Shown here: positions 1-13,677 of the stretch, in pieces | Position numbering within the stretch: the first letter of the stretch is position 1 | Layout: each line of letters begins with the position of its first letter | Assembly: GCF_006345805.1 (NCBI RefSeq) | Contig: NC_043005.1 | Coordinates: 35,960,001-36,024,000 of the forward strand | Direction: 5' to 3' | Source of the DNA: Octopus sinensis | Lineage: Eukaryota | Length of the DNA: 64,000 nucleotides | Position numbers and translations under genes: made by a program | The notes under the pieces: model-generated | Seen by the model: the letters and a program-made list of their open reading frames with translations, nothing else | The model's database searches: none | Told to the model about the DNA's origin: nothing

Positions 1-330
1 ATACGCTGATATATTCGGACTTGTGCCCTCATCTTGGTTGTTACAGTCACGACAATTCGGTTGTTGTACTTTCTGGCCGTCTTCAGGAGTCAGTCGAATT
101 TAATAATTGTAGAAGATCAACAACCGCAGGTAAGACACGAGCAGAGTAAAGATTCCAAGAGAAAAGTATTATGGGGCAGAAGGACAGGTTAGAATGATTA
201 GTAGGGAACAGGATACGCAATAAAGGTGAAGAGATGACTAGGTAAGGATGCCTGAATGCAGGGGTACGAGAATAGCTAAGTTCCAAGGAGCAAAGACCGA
301 TAAATAATTGTTTAAGCTACATCTGAGATT
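1..330 (-). mobile_element. Degenerate Penelope-type terminal-repeat fragment with decayed hammerhead-like motif
   Basis: Minus strand 41-95 reads CTGAAGA-C-GGCC...AACC-GAAT-TGTC, resembling the CTGAAGA(N)-stemII-GAAAC-GTC layout of PLE hammerheads, with stem II and GAAA damaged. Extent approximate. Confidence 0.35.
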
Positions 331-1167
331 AGGCAGAGCTGTATGTTTCACAAGTTCACTTCACAATAACTAAGTCCCATCGCGTGGCACCTTGGGCAAG
401 TAAATTCTACCACAGTTTTGAATCCACTACAGCCTTGTGACAACATTTTGGTAGACAGAAACACTGTCAAAACCTGTCGGATTGACCGTTCCTGCAGTCG
501 GGTGGTAGACACAACCAATTGTCCAGGTGAAACCCAACATACAGTCTTCAGATATTTACATAACGAAGTATCTAAATAAAGGACATCCGTGGCGAAAATT
601 CCGATAGAAGAAAAGATGTCATTGTTAAGTCGTTTATATTTTAAGTTTTTCATGGTCTTAGTGGTATCTTTAGTGGCATCTACTATATAACAAGCATTCA
701 GGCCATGTCTCCGGACCGATTATAACTTCCATTCCATTTCTTCTCACCGATTTTAGATGCTTTAAAACAAATCTCGAATGCTGTTCTTTCTTGTTTGACG
801 AGACGATAAATGTACGTTAATAGAATATAACGGAGATCTAGCCTGTTAAAAACAATAAAAAGTAAATCGATCAACTAGAGTTTATTTTATGTTTAAATTA
901 TAGTTTTGCAATAAAACTGTGATTTAAACATAAAAGTTTTACTTTCAATGTTGTGTTCCTGACATTTTAAGTTGTCAGACTAAATCCAAACTCTCATCAG
1001 CTCATAAACCTTCATACAAGATAAATATAATTATAAGTAAGATAAATATAATTATCAATACAGCTAAATATAAAACTACGACCTTCTCCACAGAACGGTG
1101 GGGTTATTATGGAAACCTTTTACATTACCATATATGTAAAGACTACGTACATAAATACATATTTATA

Positions 1168-1241
<74 letters not shown>

Positions 1242-1271
1242 GGTACGTACGTATGCACACACACACACACG

Positions 1272-1315
<44 letters not shown>

Positions 1316-1322
<7 letters not shown>

Positions 1323-1501
1323 TTAGAGACAAAACCACTATTATGCAAATCAAAGAAAGAAAGACTCAATCCAATACATAAAAAAATTTATATAAATTAA
1401 ATAAAATTAATTTTATTTAATTTATATAAAAATTTTTATGTATTGGATTAAGTCTTTCTTTGTTTGATTTGCATAATAGTGGTTTTGTCTCTAATTAATA
1501 T
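1316..1501. repeat. Near-perfect spacerless palindrome, ~93-bp arms, centre 1408/1409
   Basis: aattagagacaaaaccactattatgcaaatc...aaaatt|aatttt...gatttgcataatagtggttttgtctctaatt; about 3 mismatches between arms. Confidence 0.95.
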
Positions 1502-1604
1502 TAATATTAATATTAATATTATATTATATTTTACTATAAAATTGGATTCAATCCTAAATCTGATTTTTCCCTGTAAATTTGGATTTATTCCCTAATATTA
1601 TTAT

Positions 1605-1648
<44 letters not shown>

Positions 1649-1662
1649 TATATATATGCACA

Positions 1663-1890
1663 CACAGTACCGTGCAAAAGTCTTCTGTCACTTTAAACTA
1701 TTGTAAATTTCTACTAATTGCCAACTTATAAGTGGATGTTTCGCATTGCATTTTTTACAGATGAAACATTGGTTCTGTTAGAGTCATTTCCATACCTAAT
1801 CTTTATATTTTGAAGTAGGGGTTCTGAAAAAGTGTGGAAAATGTGAGACGACCACCAAAAATGGCTGTGCAAAAGTTTTTGGTCACCTCA
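1663..1890 (+). mobile_element. Tc1-like transposon left end (IR/DR type)
   Basis: Starts CAGTACCGTGCAAAAGTC (Tc1-like terminus); the motif recurs as GCTGTGCAAAAGTTTTTGG at ~1863 as an inner direct repeat; no transposase follows. Confidence 0.5.
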
Positions 1891-2023
1891 CATAAACCAA
1901 TCAAGATACAGTGTTTAAAAACAGAAAAAAGAAAGAAAGAAAGAGGATGTGAAAAATACAGATACACTAATTCACACTGTCATTCTTTTGTACATACTTA
2001 CATACACACACATACATGCACAC

Positions 2024-2056
<33 letters not shown>

Positions 2057-2309
2057 TGTATGTATGTATGTATGTATGTATGTATGTATGTATGTATGTA
2101 CGTACGAGTTAAAAGAAGCCCCTTCATGAAATAGTCAAACGTACGTACATATGAAAGCATACATAATATTTTAAAGCAGCTGTTCCCAGCCGTTTGGGGG
2201 GGGGGCATGGCTTTCTCGGGAACTTTCCTCGAGTTTCTACTCCACCTATCCCCAACGAAATTCATCTCTGCAATACAAAACGATAGTCTCTAGATCCGTT
2301 CGAACATAC

Positions 2310-2403
2310 CTCGCAGGCTGGCAATATGGCTGCCATTACGAATGACTGGGTTAGAGTAATGTTACTGGGAGAATAATACACCGAGTACTGAGCTGACTTT
2401 AGA
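2310..2403 (-). CDS. Candidate internal exon (94 nt, phase 2 to 0): LKSAQYSVYYSPSNITLTQSFVMAAILPACE
   Basis: Minus strand: pyrimidine-rich acceptor cctttctcttgatctctctcaatcag, donor GAG|GTATGT, only one open frame. No homology recognised. Confidence 0.3.
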
Positions 2404-2833
2404 CTGATTGAGAGAGATCAAGAGAAAGGTGTTTCGTACAATGTATAAATCTATTTAGTGGTTTTTATCGTATTTTTAATGTTCGTCTTTTTTGCTTAGC
2501 TACACAAAAACATATTTTCCGGTTCTTAGAATGAAAGCATTTTAAAATATTGATATACTGGAATTAAAAGGATAAAATATAGTCAGTTCAAAGGAATTTA
2601 ATGCTTAAAATTTTTTAAGCGGACAGAATGTTTGTGTCTGTACAAGCACACACGTACGTACGTACGTACGTACGTACGTACGTACGTATGTATGTATGTA
2701 TGTATGTATGTATGTATGTATGTATGTATGTATGTATGTATGATGTATGATGTATGTATGTATGTATGTATGTATGTATGTATGTATGTATGTATGATGT
2801 ATGTATGTATGTAAGTATGTATGTATGTATGTT

Positions 2834-2864
<31 letters not shown>

Positions 2865-2967
2865 ATGTATGTATGTTTGTGTGTGAGTGTGTGTGTGTAT
2901 GTATGTATGTATGTTTGTGTGTGAGTATGTATGTATGTTTGTTTGTGTGTGTATGTATGTATGTATG

Positions 2968-3005
<38 letters not shown>

Positions 3006-3036
3006 AAGAAACTATATATAGACTCTATATTAGAGT

Positions 3037-3070
<34 letters not shown>

Positions 3071-3256
3071 GGTACATGCATATATTCCCTCCCCAACATA
3101 TACAAAATATATATAGATGTATATAGATATGTATTTATGTAAGTATAAGCTTACACTCTTATAAATGCTCTCAATATTTCTTACAATCGATGTATTTTCA
3201 TAAATTATTCATTGATCTCATATTTATTTATTTTTTCTGCAAGGCTTTATATGACC

Positions 3257-3299
<43 letters not shown>

Positions 3300-3339
3300 T
3301 AATAATAATAATAATAATAATAATGACAATAATAACAAT

Positions 3340-3742
3340 AATAATTTCTTCATAAGGCACAAGGCCTGAAATTTGTGGGGAGGGGACTACTCGATTTCAT
3401 TCGATCCCAGTGTTTCACTGGTACTTAATTTATCGACCCCTGAAAGGATGAAAGGTGAAATGACCTGGGCGGAATTTGAATTCAGAACGTAGCAGCAGAC
3501 GAAATACCTATTTCTTAACTACCCACAAGGGGCTAAAACACAGAAAGGACAAACAAGGACAGACATAGGTATTAAGTCGATTACATCGACCCCAGTTCGT
3601 AATTGGCACTTATTTAATCGACCCCGAAAGGATGAAAGGCAAAGTCTACCTCGGCGGAATTTGAACTCAGAACGTAGCGGCAGACGAAATACCGCTAAGC
3701 ATTTCGCCCGGCGTGCTAACGTTTCTGCCAGCTCGCCGCCTT
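3340..3742 (-). mobile_element. Dimeric tRNA-derived SINE (family A)
   Basis: Minus-strand head ggcggcgagctggcagaaacgttagcacgccgggcg with B-box-like gagttcaaattcc, followed by a second headless monomer; (AAT)n at 3256-3340. Confidence 0.85.
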
Positions 3743-4138
3743 TATGTCAACAACAACAACAACAACAATTAAAAATTTTGGCACAGGGCCAGCAGACTTA
3801 TAGGGAGGAATTTAGTCGATATAATCGACTTCAGTACTTGACTGGTACATTATTTTGTCGAGCTCCAAAAGGACGAAAGGCCAAGTTGACCGCGGATGGA
3901 TTTGAACTCTCAATATAAAGAGTTGGAAGAAATACAAGGCATTTTTGCTCGACGTTCCAACTATATATATATAGTTAGATAGATAGATATACTGTTGTGT
4001 CTTTTTCTTTTTGTGCCTTATAATATAACACATACACCGGTAAAATTTTCCACTTATTTCTTTTTATTTTCCTAAAATTTTCGTTCCGTCTTGCAACCTT
4101 TTCAATAGTCTTGAGTCAAGATTTTATATATATATATA

Positions 4139-4540
4139 GGCGTAGGAGTGGCTGTGTGAAGTACGTAGCTTGCTTACCAACCACATGGCTCGGGGTTCAG
4201 TCCCACTGCGTGGCACCTTGGGCAAGTGTCTTCTACTATAGCCTCGGGCCCACCATAGCCTTGTGAGTGGATTTGGTAGACGGAAACTGAAAGAAGCCCG
4301 TCGTATATAATGTATATGTGTGTGTGTGTTTGTGTATCGGTGTTTGTCCCCCCAACATCGCTTGGCAACCGATGCTGGTGTGTTTACGTCCCCGTAACCT
4401 AGCGGTTCAGCAAAAGAGACCGATAGAATAAATACTAGGCTCGCGCAAAGAATAAGACCTGGTGTCGATTTGCTCGACTAAAGGCGGTGCTCCAGCATGG
4501 CCTCGGTCAAATGACTTAAACCAGTAAAAGAGAGTTGAAG
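4139..4540 (+). mobile_element. tRNA-derived SINE (family B), near full length
   Basis: Head ggcgtaggagtggctgtgtg...ggttcagtcccactgcgtggcaccttgggcaagtg, internal microsatellite, tail ggcggtgctccagcatgg; many paralogues in the window. Confidence 0.9.
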
Positions 4541-4880
4541 CATAAAGAGTATATATTAATTATATATATATATATACACATATAAATATGCACTATATAC
4601 ACGGATTTAAGACAAGATCATAAACGCGATGTGATTTGTTCGTGATCGATATGCTCGGTTTAGCTATCCTGCCGAACTAGATCTGATGATTAGTCAGCAT
4701 CGTAGATAGTGTGAGTCAGTTGGTTTTCCACTCCAAAGTAGCTATACATATAATAATAAGGTGAAACACCTAATTTTGTATCCACACAATATCTGTTTCC
4801 GATATATTGCAAACAATGGAGCGAACAACTCCTATCTAGCGGCGACAAGACCAGTGGACTAGTTGGTTTTAGGGTCTTAC

Positions 4881-4908
4881 CCTTCCTCAGTACTGGTACA
4901 CTTGTCTC
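4881..4908 (-). CDS. Candidate micro-exon (28 nt, phase 1 to 2): (G)DKCTSTEE(G)
   Basis: Minus strand: T-rich tract then ccatttctag|GAGAC...GAAGG|GTAAGA. Phases match the 22411 and 2403 candidates; could be chance. Confidence 0.25.
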
Positions 4909-6214
4909 CTAGAAATGGCAGTTGTTCAAACGAAATTGATAAAAAAAAAACACTATAAAAATCCAGTCATATTTTATTGATATGTGATATCAAATAAAGA
5001 TTTGGTGAATACTAGTTAATATTGCGTCGATGTTTGGCGGGATATTAATGAGTTTTAGCCTTAAATTATCCACGCTCTTCCAGATTCAGTTCGTTAATAA
5101 TTCAGCGCACTTAAAGAGCCAAATCGCTTCAGATGTCTATCGACCTTGGGGTCAATCTTGACTACTTTACCAAACTCTGATTTATACAGACATAGTCGAT
5201 CACGTGACAAAAGCAACAAATGTTTCTCCATATTCATAGACCAGCAATTAAGTGAGCAGAACTAATTAGCTAATGATACTGGTGTATAAGGTGGGGAATT
5301 TGACAGAGTCGTTAGAGCATCGGATAGAATGCTTCGCGCTATTTACGCCAATGCTTTCAAGTCTGAGTTCAAATCCTATAGAGGCTAATTTTACTTTTTC
5401 ATCTATTCCGAGGTCGATAAATAAAGTACGATTCGAGGGTAGTGAATTGGTGGAATTGGTAGATCATCAGCTAGGATTCCTCGCAATATATGTTCCATCT
5501 CTTTGAGTTCTGACAGCAAGGTATGGACTGGGACGGAACTGGTTCCAAACTGTATTAATGTTGCCTTTCACTTGGGCAACTTGATCAACACCTGTGGCGT
5601 GGAGAAGGGGACATTTATGCGAACGGTTAACTGCTGGTCTTCTCCAAACACCACAAAATTTTGCCCAGACCTGCACCTAGGGGAGGGACTATCAAAGTGG
5701 AGGTACCCATGTCGTCTCTAATAGAAGATAATGACCATTGAGGGTTGATAAGATTAAACATCAAAGAAACTAAATATGTATAAAGACCATCTAATATATA
5801 AGAAGAGTCAAGTGCTTTTAGCCGTTGAGTTATGATGGAAGTGTAGAGCCCATGACCTTTTTAGCCCCCCCCCCCGAGACCTGATGAGCTTTATACTGAT
5901 AAGGTTCCACTTAAAGTATTTTGGGTAAACACTTGCAAGAAAGATATGAGTAGGGATCAGATTCCAGAGGGATGATATTCAGGGGAGAAAAGAGAGGGGT
6001 TAATGATAAATGTGAGATTGGGGAGGCTAGATGCAAATAAGACTGATGGTTGTCATATGACGTTGGAGAGGACAAACACTGATACACACACACATATGTG
6101 CGTGGTTCTCATACGGTGGGCTCGCATGCAGTTTCCTTTAACCAAATTCACTCTCAAGGCATTGTCTGAGGTTATAGTAAAAGATACTTATTCATGATGT
6201 CCTTAACTGCACAG

Positions 6215-6505
6215 TCATGCCTTCACCTATACAAATGCGAAAATAGAGTGGAAAAGGCAAGCCACCGGATTTGGTTAAAAAGAGACGATGAGCAATGGCT
6301 AGAAGAGTATTGAGCGAAACTTAGTAACCAGTTGATCTAGCAAGCGGGGTCTCATCTCAGTGAAGGGAGCTGGCGTGCAATAATGCTGTCGAGGGGAAGG
6401 CCCTGAAACGGTATAGATTCTCTCTTGATGATCCCATAACCTTGCTAGCATCCGGTATATTGAATCTTCAACAGGTAGCGCTTGCACTAGTAAGTTGTTT
6501 ACCAA
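6215..6505 (+). mobile_element. HERO-type RLE non-LTR retrotransposon, 3' terminal fragment
   Basis: gaaaaggcaagccaccggatttggttaaaaagagacgatgagcaatggct (EKASHRIWLKRDDEQW) plus 3' UTR align by eye to 41940-42195. Confidence 0.75.
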
Positions 6506-8949
6506 AACAAAGCTAATATAATATAATTCCTAGCACGTATGTTTCTTGGCTCAATTTGGATTCTGAATGGCTCAGACTCAAATTAAATTCCTATGCTACA
6601 AACTTAAGTTAAGAAGAACTAGTTTGAGAATAATATTTTTGGGGTGGAACTTACATCGTCCCTCAAACTGTGTGAATACCGTTTTGTGAAATACCACAGA
6701 AACATCCCAGAAAATCTTGAATAATCTTGTGTTATTTGATGTATTTAAAAGCCTCATTAATCGGAGGTCATGGGATGGTCACCTTCCTGATGTATGTCAC
6801 CTTCCTGATGTATGTCACCAGGATGTATATTTGTATATTTATAGTGGCAAGTTTAATTCTTGTGATCATTTAATAACTTAATTCAAAATTAAATGGTCAC
6901 ACATACTCCTCATGGGTTATTCGACGATTCTAGATTGACTCTCAGAAATTCTATTTTAGCCTGTTCATGTCACATCAATCTAACACGTGTGTTAATTAGT
7001 TTAATAAAGCAAGCTAAGCCGACAGCAACAGGCTGACAGAGTTGTTAGAAAGTCCGATGGAATGTCTCACAGTATTTTCTCTGAATTTTTGGACTCGGAG
7101 TTCAAATCCCGTGGGGCTAACTTTTTTTCTCTTTCTTTTGAGATCGATAAAGAGGACCCCTTCAAAGCAGTGAGTTGGAGGAATCACAAGGAGTAGGGTA
7201 GGGGTCGAGATGCCTTGCAGTATCTGTTTCAGTTATTTTGCAATCTGACTGTAACAACTGCGACCACGCTGGCACCAAGCTGTATCAGTGTAAGTTGGTG
7301 GCCTTTCCCTGGGATAAACAGTGTAATGGAGAGAGTAGTCTTGTACATATGGGCAACTGCCAGACTATCTAGCAAAAAACAAGTAAACAAAAAAAACCCA
7401 AGTGAGCTCTGCACATAGATGAACAGATGTACTGCCACTCTTGATCGATGGAGGTACCACCTACCCACCAACCCGTCCGTCCGTCCGTCCATCCATCCAA
7501 CCATGTATACATGCATGCATAATAGTGTTATTCGTCATATGACGGGTAACTTTAAAAGTATACTTATAAGACACAAGAAATCCGCTATTCTCACCAATAC
7601 AAATTCCTAAAAAATAAATAAATAAAAGCTGCCTGATGAGTTTAATGTATTTACCTCTATTTATGTCATGCTGACGATTTTCAATAAGAATGAAATGGCG
7701 TTACACATGATTACCCAAGAGAAAAATTTTAAGACATTTTTAATGACTAAGCAAAAGTAAATAAATATGTCTACTCTACGCATCTTCTTCCTAGTTCTTC
7801 GATTTAAAATCCAAACTTCCAGTCCTGCCAAGATTTATCTAGAAATGATTATCTCCCTTAAAATAACTGGCCACCGGAGCACACCACGCTAGTAATGTTG
7901 CTATACCATAAACGAGATAATAAACTGTACATACTGAACTCCGGTTATTGGATCCGGAAGACAATAGTCCAACTGGGTACTTAATGTCCGTCTGAGTAAA
8001 GTGAATACATTTATTAGCAATCAGTTCTCCGGATGAGTTTCATCCATGATGATTTAATTTTTTACAAGCCTCCATTTTTAGTTAGTCCGCTACATTCAGA
8101 ATACTTCACTTCCGGAAGGTAATACAAATATGTCGGCTACATCTAAAGTTTATAACGGTTACTAAAATCCTTATGATCTAAAATAGAATATGGTATTGGA
8201 ATTGAGACAAAAAGTATTTGCATAATTTTTTTTAAAACACCAAACCTTTCAGCATCACATTTATACAGAATTGATTGGCTAATTGCTGCATTTTTTTTTT
8301 TCGATTTTGACTAAAACAAATAATGTAGCATAAAAATTGGCCATTGATTCAATTCGATCTGAATAAAGTGATTTCTGAAAGCTTCCGTTTCCACGATGAG
8401 TTAAAATGACAATCAGTCAGTAACTTGATGTTTACAAACAAACCAATGGTAAAAGAGCCAAATATTTTCACTTAACTGTTATCATTCCGATCAATGAAAC
8501 AAAAGTTCAAATCCGAAAGTATCTTTATTTTATTTTTAATTTGTGGAAATTACATTTTTTTTCTAATTTTATAATAATTCTGCTTGTCACCCCTTTACTT
8601 AGCCCGTCCACAATGCTTCCACGTGATTAATTGAAGGGGGAGGGGAGGTAGAGGAGTGTGAAATGTGTAAATTTTTTGCTTTTAATTATGTTTTTCCGTT
8701 ACATAGGCCATCTGTAACGCTTTCACGTGATAAGTTGAAGAGGAAGTTGAAGAGCAAAAAAAAAAAAAAGAGGGTAAGGCGAAGAGTAAGAGAGAAAGAG
8801 GGAGAGTGGTGTGTATTAAGTCTATAAAATTGTGCATAAAGTATATAAAGTGTATACATAAAGTGCATTAAGTAATCATTGTATTCCAATTTCCCTCACT
8901 TTTCAATGATTAGCAGATGGACGACTATCTTTTGATACAGACACAACAC

Positions 8950-9044
8950 AAGTAAGCTACGCTCAGGTTTATTTGTATAAGGTTTTCAGAAATAACCAAT
9001 AAATTTACCATCAATTCCGTGAAATATTCACGGGTCCCGCTAGT
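8950..9044 (+). mobile_element. Helitron-like 3' end
   Basis: Hairpin ccgtgaa-ata-ttcacgg followed by gtcccgCTAG|T. Confidence 0.55.
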
Positions 9045-9654
9045 AAATGCGATTTCATTCTATAGAAAGTATATAAAGAAAGACAATTTTGAACCAAAAT
9101 TGTATATATAGTTTGTTTTCATTGACGATTATATTTAAGTAGGAAATTAACAGAAGCGTTAGAGCGTCGAGCAAAATGCTTTGTGATATTTATTCCGGCT
9201 CTTTATAGTCTCACTTCAAATCGTATTAGCGTCAACTTTGTTTTTCCTACTTTCGAGGTTAAAAAAATAAACTACCATCCAAGTACTGGGTTGATGGTAC
9301 CGACCGTTCCCAGCCCTCAAAATTGTTAGCCTTGTGCCTAAATTGGAAGCAATTATCGAGTATATTAATTAGAACGGGAGATTCAGAGCAGGATTTGTTC
9401 CGATTCTTTATGCTCTTGAGTTCTTCCTAATCCTGCCGATGTCAGTATCGAAGAGTAGTGAAAAAATGTATAGGTGGAGGAAGAGGGGAGAATAAGTCAA
9501 ACAATTTTCATTCTTTCAGGGTCAATAGAATGAAATACCAGTCAACTACTGGGTATCAGCATAAGCGACTTACTCTTTCCTTACTTTAGAAACAATCACT
9601 GTCTGTCTTGGACTCAATTACAGTTTCTTTTTTTGAACTTAATAATTCTTTCTG

Positions 9655-10070
9655 ATTTAGGCACAGGGCCAGATATTTTGAGGGAAAGGGGTTCAGTTGA
9701 TTATATTAACTCTAATACTTGACTGGTACTTCACTGTTTTTTACGCCAGAGGGATGAAAGGCTTAGCAGACCTCGGCGGGATTTGAAACTAGAATGTAAA
9801 GAGCTGGTTCACATAATGTAAGGCATTTTGTCCGAAGATCCGATCAGCCCAACGTCCTAATGGTTCTTGATTTAAGCAGAAGACCAGCAACTTTAAAGAG
9901 AGGCGGAGTTCGTCGATTACATCGATCCCAGTACTCAAGTAGTACATGTTTCATCGACCCCGAAAGGATGAAAGGCAAAATCGACCTCGGCGGAATTTGA
10001 ACCCTAAACGCCAAGACGGACGAAACACCACTAAGCATTTTGTCCGGTGCGATAACAATTCTGCTAGCTT
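9655..10070 (-). mobile_element. Two decayed family A SINE copies
   Basis: Conserved cgaccccgaaaggatgaaaggcaaa..gacctcggcggaatttgaac core at ~9955-10000 and a more diverged copy at 9655-9840. Confidence 0.7.
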
Positions 10071-10544
10071 TGTTGCCGTATGGATTTCTCAACAATAACA
10101 ACTTACTGGCCCCTAAATTCTAATCAATGTCTAACTCCAAGTGTATGGAAGTCATTAATAGGGTTTACATCAATGTGGCTAATTTAAGATTATCAAAGAC
10201 CATATGGAGAAGCAGCAAGTGAAACAATAACAACGCTGATGATAATAGTGCAAAAAAAAAAAGCAACGTTTGAGTGGGAGGCACATGTGTATTGTGTCTA
10301 CACTAAATTACTAATTAAATAGAAGCGCTTTGATATTTAGTTTCATTACATAATCCGTCTATATTTAACAAGATCATAATAACTTACAGCAGAGTTGTCG
10401 AATAGCAATAGCTGTCTTTAACCGCGTGGAGAAAGAAAACAAGGAATTGAGTGGGTTTTTATGTATTTTTAACTATTAGCGTGTTTCGTGTACCGAGAAT
10501 CATTATTCTCTATATTCTGTTAACTTTTTTTATCTAATTCAGAC

Positions 10545-10916
10545 AATCTATGCTGGGGCACTTCCTTGAAGGGTTTTGGTCGAACAATTCGACCCCAGTA
10601 CTTTCTTTTTCTAGAACTCATATAGAACTTTTAAAGAACTTACACTATAGGGTCTCTTTTGTCGAACCGTCAAGTTACGGGGACATAAACAAACAAACAA
10701 AGTTTGTCAAGCAATGGGTAAAGCAAATACAGACACACATACACTTATAAACGACGGGCTTCCACATAATTTCCGTTTACCAAATTCACTCACAAGGCAT
10801 TGATCAGCCTGGGGCTATATTAAAAGGCAATTACCCAGGGTGCTGCGCTGTGGGACAGAACCCCAAACCACATAATTGCAAAGCGAGCTTCTTAACCGCA
10901 CAGCCATTCCTGTGCC
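10545..10916 (-). mobile_element. Family B SINE (decayed)
   Basis: Reverse complement of family B head and tail (ccgtaagttacggggacataaac; ccaaattcactcacaaggc). Confidence 0.75.
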
Positions 10917-12049
10917 CACAAAATTCTTAGTTTCCGCTTTGTTAAATTTTTGCACCTCTGTGCCGTTTCCTTCTCCACGAGGTAATAAATAACTGCCTTT
11001 CCCCCAAAATCCGACTCACTAATTAACGACAAATATATTGGAATTTTGTAATTTATCGCTTGCTCTGCGAATTCGATTAATTGCATAAAAAGTTCGATTG
11101 CCGAGGCTATGCACTTATACAGCAACAACTGAAAAATTACATTCAAGCAAGATCACATCTGATCTGCAGATAATCTCACCACCTCAAATTAATTATCTTT
11201 CTTTAACTCCTATCTCTTTATTCAACTGACGTATCTCCCTCCTTTTCTATTCCCTTCTCCCCCCCTCTCTCTCTCACCTATCCTTTACATCTGAAGTAAA
11301 GAATTAAATCAAGCAAAAATTTTCCTGACTCACTTTATTACACAGAAACGAACCAGGTTTTTCCTTCATCGAAAGGCTCCTAACAAATGTAATTATATAT
11401 TGCATAATTTACTTACATATTTACGCACAAGTGCAAACGCACCAAGCATCCGTCCCAACAGACATGTACGCGTGCGTACGTGGGTGTGATAGCGTGTGAG
11501 TTTGCAGGCACGAACCATTCCCCGAATGACTGACTGACTCTACACTATCATTTCTCTGAGACACCCCGTTTTTATCTCCCTACCCCTCTCTGTTCCTAAC
11601 GACCCGTGGTTCACTATTAGCTATCCTCTACGCCAATGACAACAACATAACGCTTCATATCCCTTATCTTTTCCATCCCAGATTTCTGATACGATAATCA
11701 GATAATAATTTAATAACTCTAAAATGTTAAATATTACAGATTTCGAAGATCGTGCTGTACCGTTCCCTCGTTTCCTCATTTTTTTTACAATCTGACCCAT
11801 TATCCTAGCCCGAAGAATTTGATTACTTTTAGAATGAAAAAATACTTTTAGGACCGTCAGGGATTTAGAGTGGGTCCCAAGACAACTGAAAACAGCGAGG
11901 TCGTTAAATAATATATCGGTGTTGCGGGAGAATTGAGGGAATCGGCCAGACGAGATGCTTTGCGGTATGTGCTCCGATTCTTCACACACCGGTAGAAACA
12001 CACACGGTGTTCAAACCCCACCGTGGTTTACGTAGGTGGTAGACTTAAT

Positions 12050-12260
12050 TTAAGGTGGCGAACTGGTAGGATCGTTAGCACGTCGGACAAAGTGCTTCGC
12101 GGCATTTCTTCCAGTTTTTCACCTCCTGAGTTCAATTGTAGCCGATTTCAAAATTGTCTATCATCACTTCGGGGTCGATAAAATAAGGTACCAGTCAAGC
12201 ACTGGAGTCGATGTAATCGACTTGTCCCCACTCTTCTAAACTGCAGGCCTTGAACCCTGT
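12050..12260 (+). mobile_element. Family A SINE
   Basis: ggtggcgaactggtaggatcgttagcacgtcggacaaagtgcttcgcggcatttc...ggggtcgataaaataaggtaccagtc. Confidence 0.75.
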
Positions 12261-12614
12261 AACGAACCGGTCTCCCCTTCAGGAATAAAGTTGAGATCTC
12301 GGTCACATATACATACATCATACATACATACAAAACCGGGTTATTGGCACTATGAGTCTCGAGAAAAAAAAAAAGAAAAAAGAAAAAAAGGGGTTTAATC
12401 TGTCGCTTAGTTTAACACCGCCAACTCGTTCTCTGGTAACTCTAGCAGAATCTCCTCAACTGGATGCTTTCAGGCGAGGATTCTAGTTTGAGGATACTTC
12501 TTTGTTCCCATCAATGGCTTCAGAAAACTTATAAACAACCATGCACACTGCATTTCCCTCATAGCTTAGCATTAATAAATATCTAAATAAATAAATAATA
12601 AATTCTTTTCTTTT

Positions 12615-12987
12615 TTCTACTCTACACACAAGGTCCACAATTTCGGGGGAGGGGACAGTCGATTAGATCGCAACTGGTATTTAATTTAGCGATCTCGAAA
12701 GGATGAAAGGCAAAGTCGACCTCGACGGAATTTGAACTCAGAACGTAACGGCAGACGAAATACCTATTTCTTTACAAGGGGCTAAACACAGAGAGGACAA
12801 ACGAGGACAGACAAACGGATCAAGTCGATTACATCGACCCAGTGCGCAACTGGTACTTAATTTATCGACCCCGAAAGGATGAAAGGCAAAGTCGACCTCG
12901 GTGGAATTTGAACTCAGAACGTAACGGCAGACGAAATACGGCTACGCATTTCGCCCGGCGTGCTAACGTTTCTACCAGCTCGCCGCC
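12615..12987 (-). mobile_element. Dimeric family A SINE
   Basis: Same two-monomer layout and the same junction (gacgaaatacctatttc...aaggggctaaacacag) as 3340-3742. Confidence 0.85.
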
Positions 12988-13280
12988 ATAAATAATAAAT
13001 TCTAGGATAGCGGTACCGTCTTTTGATCGAAGACAATACGTGGGGTGCAAAACATATATCCCGTTGATATCCTTCGAAACAATAACACCGAAACTGTGCA
13101 GTCTACACCGGCTGGCTTTTCATCAGTCACTCCAAAACTATTTTGCCACAGAATTCTTATACGATTGGCCTAAATCCTGGAGCCTATTCCTGTATTTTCT
13201 GGACCATCATCACCTTCGACTTAATTCTAATAAGACAAGTTAAATCAAACAAAACTTGTTTTTGAGAGTGAATTTATTCA

Positions 13281-13315
<35 letters not shown>

Positions 13316-13365
13316 ACTTACACACAAATATGACTATATATATATATATACATATATATATATAC

Positions 13366-13436
<71 letters not shown>

Positions 13437-13605
13437 ATAAATATAAGAGAGTGGTCACTATATGGCTCACTCTAGCACTAGTAAATCCAAAAGGTTTCAA
13501 CCACAAAAATACATGTTTCCACTTGGTGTTGAATAGATATACTATTAAATTAGTATCTAATTCTCTCACCCTTATTAATTAATTATATATATATATATTA
13601 TATAT

Positions 13606-13637
<32 letters not shown>

Positions 13638-13677
13638 AATACACCTGTAAAAATATTATTTATATACCTGTAAAAAT

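Noticed and set aside
2268-2309. 42-nt GT...AG segment after the 2310 exon candidate
   Set aside because: Too short for a typical metazoan intron, and splicing leads straight to a stop.
11621-12001. 126-aa minus-strand ORF and a plus-strand GCG|GTATGT donor at 11965
   Set aside because: No recognisable domain; all plus-strand frames upstream of the donor have stops. Could be a non-coding exon but unsupported.
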